13,472 bases of DNA from Octopus sinensis. Taxonomy: Eukaryota. Position numbers and translations under genes: made by a program. The notes beneath the pieces are model-generated. The model saw only the letters and a program-made list of their open reading frames with translations, had not been told where the DNA came from and searched no databases. The DNA lies in the NCBI RefSeq assembly GCF_006345805.1, contig NW_021826104.1, forward strand, positions 1 through 13,472, written 5' to 3'. Of the stretch, positions 8,598 to 13,472 are shown in pieces (position 1 is the stretch's first letter; every line of letters begins with the position of its first letter).

Positions 8598-8932
8598 TTT
8601 CGATTCCCAGACCGGGCGTTGTGAGTGTTTATTGAGCGAAAACACCTAAAAGTTCCACGAGGCTCCGGCAGGGGATGGTGGTGATCCCTACTGTACTCTT
8701 TCACCACAACTTTCTCTCACTCTTACTTCCTGTTTCTGTTGTACCTGTATTTCAAGGGGCCGGCCTTGTCACTCTCTGTGTCACGCTGAATATCCCCGAG
8801 AACTAGGTTAAGGGTGCACGTGTCTGTGGAGTGCTCAGCCACTTACACGTTAATTCTCACGAGCAGGCTGTTCCGTTGATATGGATCAACCGGAACCCTC
8901 ATCGTCGTAACCGACGGAGTGCTTCCACCACC
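8598..8932 (+). mobile_element. SINE family A, 5'-truncated, tail type 2, 11-bp TSD
   Basis: Starts within the B box. TSD AATCTATACAC at 8587-8597 and 8933-8943. Ends in a (CCA)n tail. Confidence 0.92.
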
Positions 8933-9792
8933 AATCTATACACGCTGTAGTAATCCCATTGCTAAAATTCCGGGCGTTTGTAAATTGTGGTAAAACGGCC
9001 CAGAATACAACGAACATAGACAGTGTGATGTTCGGTACAATTCAAGGATCCTTGTGGTTTTCGCCACCGTTTATAATTTTGTTCCAGTTCTTTCAACTTT
9101 GGTATATGGATTAAGTTTTGTATGCTAATTATGGAAATGGAATTCATTTTCCCTATAAATGCATAATCAAAACGTTATTAGCCTTTAAAATTTGAAAAAT
9201 TTTGGTATTTTAGTCAATCAGAAGCGAGTATTTTACACACCACCGCGATGAAAAACTCTGTTTCCATAGTAATCAAAGGTGCTGCTCATGCGCACAAGGA
9301 GGAGAAGGACATACGAGAAATCTACTATAATAATACTCTTGTGTTTTTCTTCGTCACAACATATGAATGAAAAAAGAAGGGGTGATAGATGAATAAAGAA
9401 GGAAGGGGTGATGGCAAATTAGTAGCATGGAGAAGTATATGAATGTATGTGAAGATTAACAAGTATATTAATTTGATTTACCATCAATATTTATATATAA
9501 AATACTACTATCAGCCCTTAATTTTGACGGCCCGTGGCCAGCTATTTTATTTCATAAAATCCTAGCGTGTATTGCAAACTTTCGTTCTTGAATTTTTTAA
9601 ACTAATAAATGTCTTTTTTAAACAATGTGCTGATTGTTATTTCTAGCAACTTCTGTTGGTTTGGTTCTTCGTAGCTTTTAAAAATTTAGTTTGCTCGCGA
9701 ATGTTTTGTTAACTTCATTCGTGTATATTTTAATGTTTTGACTGTTATTTCTAGCAATGCTTTGACATGCCGATGCCCCCACCCCTCTTGAT

Positions 9793-9856
9793 GATGGAAG
9801 AGACAAAGTCGACCACGGCGGAATTTAAACTCAGAACGTAGCGGCAGACGAAATAC
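9793..9856 (-). mobile_element. Partial family C segment fused to the tail of the adjacent copy
   Basis: CAAAGTCGACCACGGCGGAATTTAAACTCAGAACGTAGCGGCAGACGAAATAC repeats ~9989-10040. Confidence 0.85.
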
Positions 9857-10088
9857 CTATTTCTATACTACCCACAAGGGGCTAAACACAGAGGGGACAA
9901 ACAAGGACAGACAAAGGGATTAAGTCGATTACGTCAAACCCAGTGCGTAACTGGTACTTAATTTATCCACCCCGAAAGGATGAAAGGTAAAGTCGACCTC
10001 GGCGGAATTTGAACTCACAACGTAACGACAGACGAAATACCGCTAAACATTGCGCCCGGCGTGCTAACGATTCTGCCAGCTCGCCGCC
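9857..10088 (-). mobile_element. SINE family C, full length
   Basis: Reverse complement of 6193-6426 and 6720-6946. Confidence 0.95.
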
Positions 10089-10156
10089 CTAGTAAATTTG
10101 AGAATAGAGCAGCTAAGTTGGCTCCCAAAAGTGTTATTTATACGGAATATAAGCAA

Positions 10157-10321
10157 GGAGTGGCTGTGTGGTAAGTAGCTTGCTAACCAACCGCATGGTT
10201 CCGGGTTCAGTCCCACTGCGTGGCATCTTGGGCAAGTGTCTTCTGCTATAGCCCCGGGCCGACCAATGCCTTGTGGGTGGATTTGGTAGACGGAAACTGA
10301 AAGAAGCCCGTCGCAAATATG

Positions 10322-10352
<31 letters not shown>

Positions 10353-10559
10353 TTGTGTGTCTGCGTTTGTCCCCCTAGCATTGCTTGACAACCGATGCTG
10401 GTGTGTGTACGTCCCCGTAACATTAGCGGTTCGGCAAAAAGAGACCGATAGAATAAGTACTGGGCTTACAAAGAATAAGTCTCGGGGTCGATTTGCTCGA
10501 CTAAAGGCGGTGCTCCAGCATGGCCGCAGTCAAATGACAGAAACAAGTAAAAGAGTAAA
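10157..10559 (+). mobile_element. SINE family B, full length, young
   Basis: Same structure as 7720-8107. Confidence 0.95.
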
Positions 10560-10955
10560 GCGCAGAGAATGCACCAGCAAAAGATTCTACGATAAGGACG
10601 AGGAAATATTTGGTGTTAGAAAGAAAACCATGGTTGAATTCTACTTAATGTTCTTATATTCTGTTAAAAATAGCACTGGTAAAAGATTTGAGCATTTTAA
10701 AAATGTGGCTTTCGAATTTGATGCTTTTAGATCCAAAGTATTTTGACAACAACGCAGATAAAGCGAATAAATTGGAATTTTTAGCTGACTTGTATATAAG
10801 ATGTCAGTCACAGTCAAACTAAAATCCTACAAGAATTTCATTCATTCAGAGACAAAGAAAGAAAGGAAGAAGAATTCTAGCAGAGAGGTCACTTCGTGTA
10901 TCGAGAAACTGACCGTCAACAGTATTTAAATTCCTCGTCACAAATGTCATATCTA

Positions 10956-11317
10956 TTCCTTCATTTGTCTCAGTCGTTTGGCTGCGGCCATGCTAGAGCA
11001 CCGCCTTGTAGTGGTTTTGTCGAACGATTCGACTCCAGGACCTAATTTTTTAAAGACAAGTACTTGTTCTATTGGCCTCTTTTGACGAACACCGAACAGC
11101 TAAGGGAACATAAACACACCAACACCGATGGTCGAGCGATGATGGGGTGGGGACAAACACAGACACAAAGACACACACACACATACATACATATATATAT
11201 ATATATTGGCCTGCTCGCTTAGCCAGCGGGGTGGCGTCATTCGAAGGCTAAAACAATGCGAACGCATTGTGACTAGCGATGTGTAACAACATCTGATGGT
11301 CTGGTCGGTCACGTGAT

Positions 11318-11360
<43 letters not shown>

Positions 11361-11516
11361 ATATATATTACGACAGGCTTCTTTCAGTTTCTGCCTGCCA
11401 AATCCACTCACATTGGTCGGCCTAGGGCTATAGCAGAAGACACTTGCGCAAATGCCATGCAGTTGGATTGAACCCGGAATCATGTGTTTGGAAAGCAAGC
11501 TTCTTACCACACAGCC
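10956..11516 (-). mobile_element. SINE family B, diverged, with a nested family A tail in its internal microsatellite
   Basis: Tail 10956-11160, microsatellite, head 11371-11516 ending CTTACCACACAGCC. Confidence 0.88.
11206..11324 (+). mobile_element. Family A tail-1 module alone, inserted in (TA)n
   Basis: Matches 209-329; ends in the palindrome TCACGTGATCACGTGA. Confidence 0.88.
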
Positions 11517-11894
11517 GTCTATTTATCCTTACTTGTCAACATTGCAGCAAAATCTTCTGGTTTTATTAATAGCAAGCAAAGTTGATCCATTAATCCAACG
11601 TTTCCCAATTTATTTTCACCCAGGCCCTTCTACACTTTTCAAGAATAATATACGCCTTACCGGTGGTTGTAAAAAAAAAAAAACTTTATTTTTAATATTC
11701 CGTAATTTTACAATTTCCTTAAAGAAATATCCACACCAGGGCATTAGAATAGCGCTATAAAAAATTTTCTAGGGAAAGCTAAATATCACCTATGATTAAG
11801 CGTGGTAAACAGTTCCAATCACTGCAATAATCCATGACGTACCAATTTTGAGTCATTTGAACATTTAACACCTTACTACTTTCATACTACCTAA

Positions 11895-12135
11895 ATTTCT
11901 TCTTATTCTCCCTTCTCTTTCTTCCTCTTCTTCTTCTTCTTCTTCTTCTTCTTTGTCTTCTTTGTCTTCTTCTTTTCCCTCTTCTTCTTCTTTTCCCTCT
12001 TCTTCTTTTCCCTCTTCTTCTTCTTCTTCTTCTCCACCTCCTCCTCCTCCTCCTCCTCCAACTCCACCTCCTCTTCCTTCTTCGTCTTCTTCTTCTACTC
12101 CTTCTCCTCCTCCTTCCTTCTTCTTGTCCTTCCTA
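11895..12135. repeat. (CTT)n/(CCT)n polypyrimidine tract
   Basis: Direct inspection; source of the poly-E/G and poly-S/P ORFs. Confidence 0.95.
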
Positions 12136-12193
12136 ACTTTACCACTATTGCTGTTTAGAATAACACCCACGCAAATTTTATAAACAATTTGTG

Positions 12194-12345
12194 TGACAAC
12201 CGGTGTTGGTATGTTTACGTCCCTGCAACCAAGATCGATAGAATAAGTACTAGGCTTACAAACAATAAGTCCTGAGGCAGATTTCCTCGTCTAAAAACCC
12301 ATTAAGGCGGTGCTCCAGCATAGCCGCAGTCAAATGACTGAAACA
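12194..12345 (+). mobile_element. SINE family B 3' fragment
   Basis: TGACAACCGGTGTTGG...GGCGGTGCTCCAGCATAGCCGCAGTCAAATGACTGAAACA. Confidence 0.88.
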
Positions 12346-12515
12346 GCATTTCGTCCGTCCTTTCGATCTATGTTCAAATTCCGCAGACGTCGACTTTACC
12401 TTTAATCATTTCAGGGTCGATAAAATAAGTACCAGTTTCGCACTGGGGTCGATATGATCAATTAGTCCCCTTCCTAAGAATTTCAGGCCTTGTGCCTATA
12501 GTGGAAAGGGTTATT
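12346..12515 (+). mobile_element. 5'-truncated family C-type body with an alternative tail
   Basis: GTTCAAATTCCGC...GGGTCGATAAAATAAGTACCAG...CACTGGGGTCGAT, then a tail unlike the other C copies. Confidence 0.8.
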
Positions 12516-12551
12516 TCTCCTCGCACCAATCTACTCCAACTTACAATTTTA

Positions 12552-12975
12552 GGATCGTTTCGGTTTGAACGACAGTTTTTTTCTAGCGGTGTCATATGAA
12601 ATTGTCACCCATAATTATGACCCTAGTATCGATCTATTGCATTTCAATCTGTTTTAGGGTTAGGGTTAGGGGTGGGGGGAAGGGTATCTTTTTTTCTTCA
12701 GAAATGTAAATAAACCCAATCTGTTTCTTAAACGAGGGATATATTCATACGGCACATAATGTTTTTTACCTCAATAGATGTCATTGATTGGTTGAAATTG
12801 CAGAAATTGAAGGAAAAAAACAACTACAAATATCTTAAAAACCATATAGAATTTTCTCAATAAAGCCAAAAGAAAAAGATGTTTTATAAACACATTCTAC
12901 CAGTATACGAAGTTTAAAAGTGTTTAGTTACGTGGAAATTATTTTAAAAAACTGCCGTTCAAACCGAAAAGATCC
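12552..12975. mobile_element. MITE (non-autonomous TIR element)
   Basis: 30-bp TIRs at 12552-12581 and 12946-12975 (28/30 match). AATTTT on both flanks (12545-12550, 12977-12982). No ORF. Confidence 0.88.
12654..12684 (+). repeat. Internal (TTAGGG)3 plus G-runs, G-quadruplex-capable
   Basis: TTAGGGTTAGGGTTAGGGGTGGGGGGAAGGG. Confidence 0.8.
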
Positions 12976-13184
12976 GAATTTTTTCTCATTCTCTGGTTAT
13001 TAATCTTTCTCGCCGAAATCCGTCACATTATCTCTCATATACCCTCCTCCTCCTCCTCCCCTCTCTCTCTCAGTCTCTCCCTCTCTGTCACTCTCTCGCT
13101 CTCCTTTCAATTTCTCTTCATTCCTCTACACGCTGCTTTCTCCGTAAAACCATTCTTAATTACACGCCCTCATAATATTTTGGT

Positions 13185-13472
13185 CTGTCTAGCAGTTTGG
13201 CTGTCTTGATATTTGTCTGGTAACCTGCTTGTCTGTCTGTCTCTTCCACGAGCCTGCCTGCCTGCCTGCCTGCCTGTCTGTCTGTCTGTCAGTCTGTCTG
13301 TCAGTCTGCCTGTCTGTCTGTATGTCTGTCTTTGTCCGTAAGGAAGTCTGTCAATCAATCTGTCTACATCGAGGTCCGCGTGTCATTCTATCTATTCGGT
13401 CTGCCTGCATATTTGTCTGTCTGTCTGTCCGTGCGTCCGTAAGCATGTGTATTTGCCCGCCCGCCCGCCTGC
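13185..13472. repeat. (CTGT)n/(CCTG)n tetranucleotide repeat field
   Basis: Direct inspection. Confidence 0.88.

Noticed and set aside
9624-9757. Direct repeat TGTTATTTCTAGCAA 108 bp apart
   Set aside because: Only two copies in AT-rich DNA; no array or CRISPR-like structure
10064-10746. ORFs up to 157 aa with recurring peptides (AIAEDTCPRCHAVGLNPEPCGW)
   Set aside because: Translations of SINE family B; the recurrence reflects the repeat, not a gene family
11865-12183. Poly-E/G and poly-S/P ORFs
   Set aside because: Products of the (CTT)/(CCT) tract; no splice or homology support
12654-12671. Telomere or chromosome fusion scar
   Set aside because: Only three units, and internal to a TIR element

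Overview
Eukaryotic, repeat-dense, essentially non-coding (intronic or intergenic) DNA. The SINE families and the extreme (TA)n/(TG)n load look like an octopus/coleoid cephalopod genome (inferred from recognition, not verified). The supplied ORFs are microsatellite or SINE artefacts. The window holds four interspersed tRNA-derived SINE-like families (called A-D here), many copies nested, three with exact target-site duplications. It also holds a ~424-bp TIR element (MITE) carrying (TTAGGG)3 and many simple repeats. Main discovery: short islands of unique sequence between microsatellites carry minimal type I hammerhead ribozyme motifs of the Penelope-like-element kind (CUGANGA, stem II, GAAA, palindromic tetraloop, UH). 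Two are near-canonical (2964-3050, 4932-4976) and three are degenerate. Secondary observations are modular tail swapping and a shared truncation breakpoint among SINEs, inverted SINE pairs, and two speculative exons.
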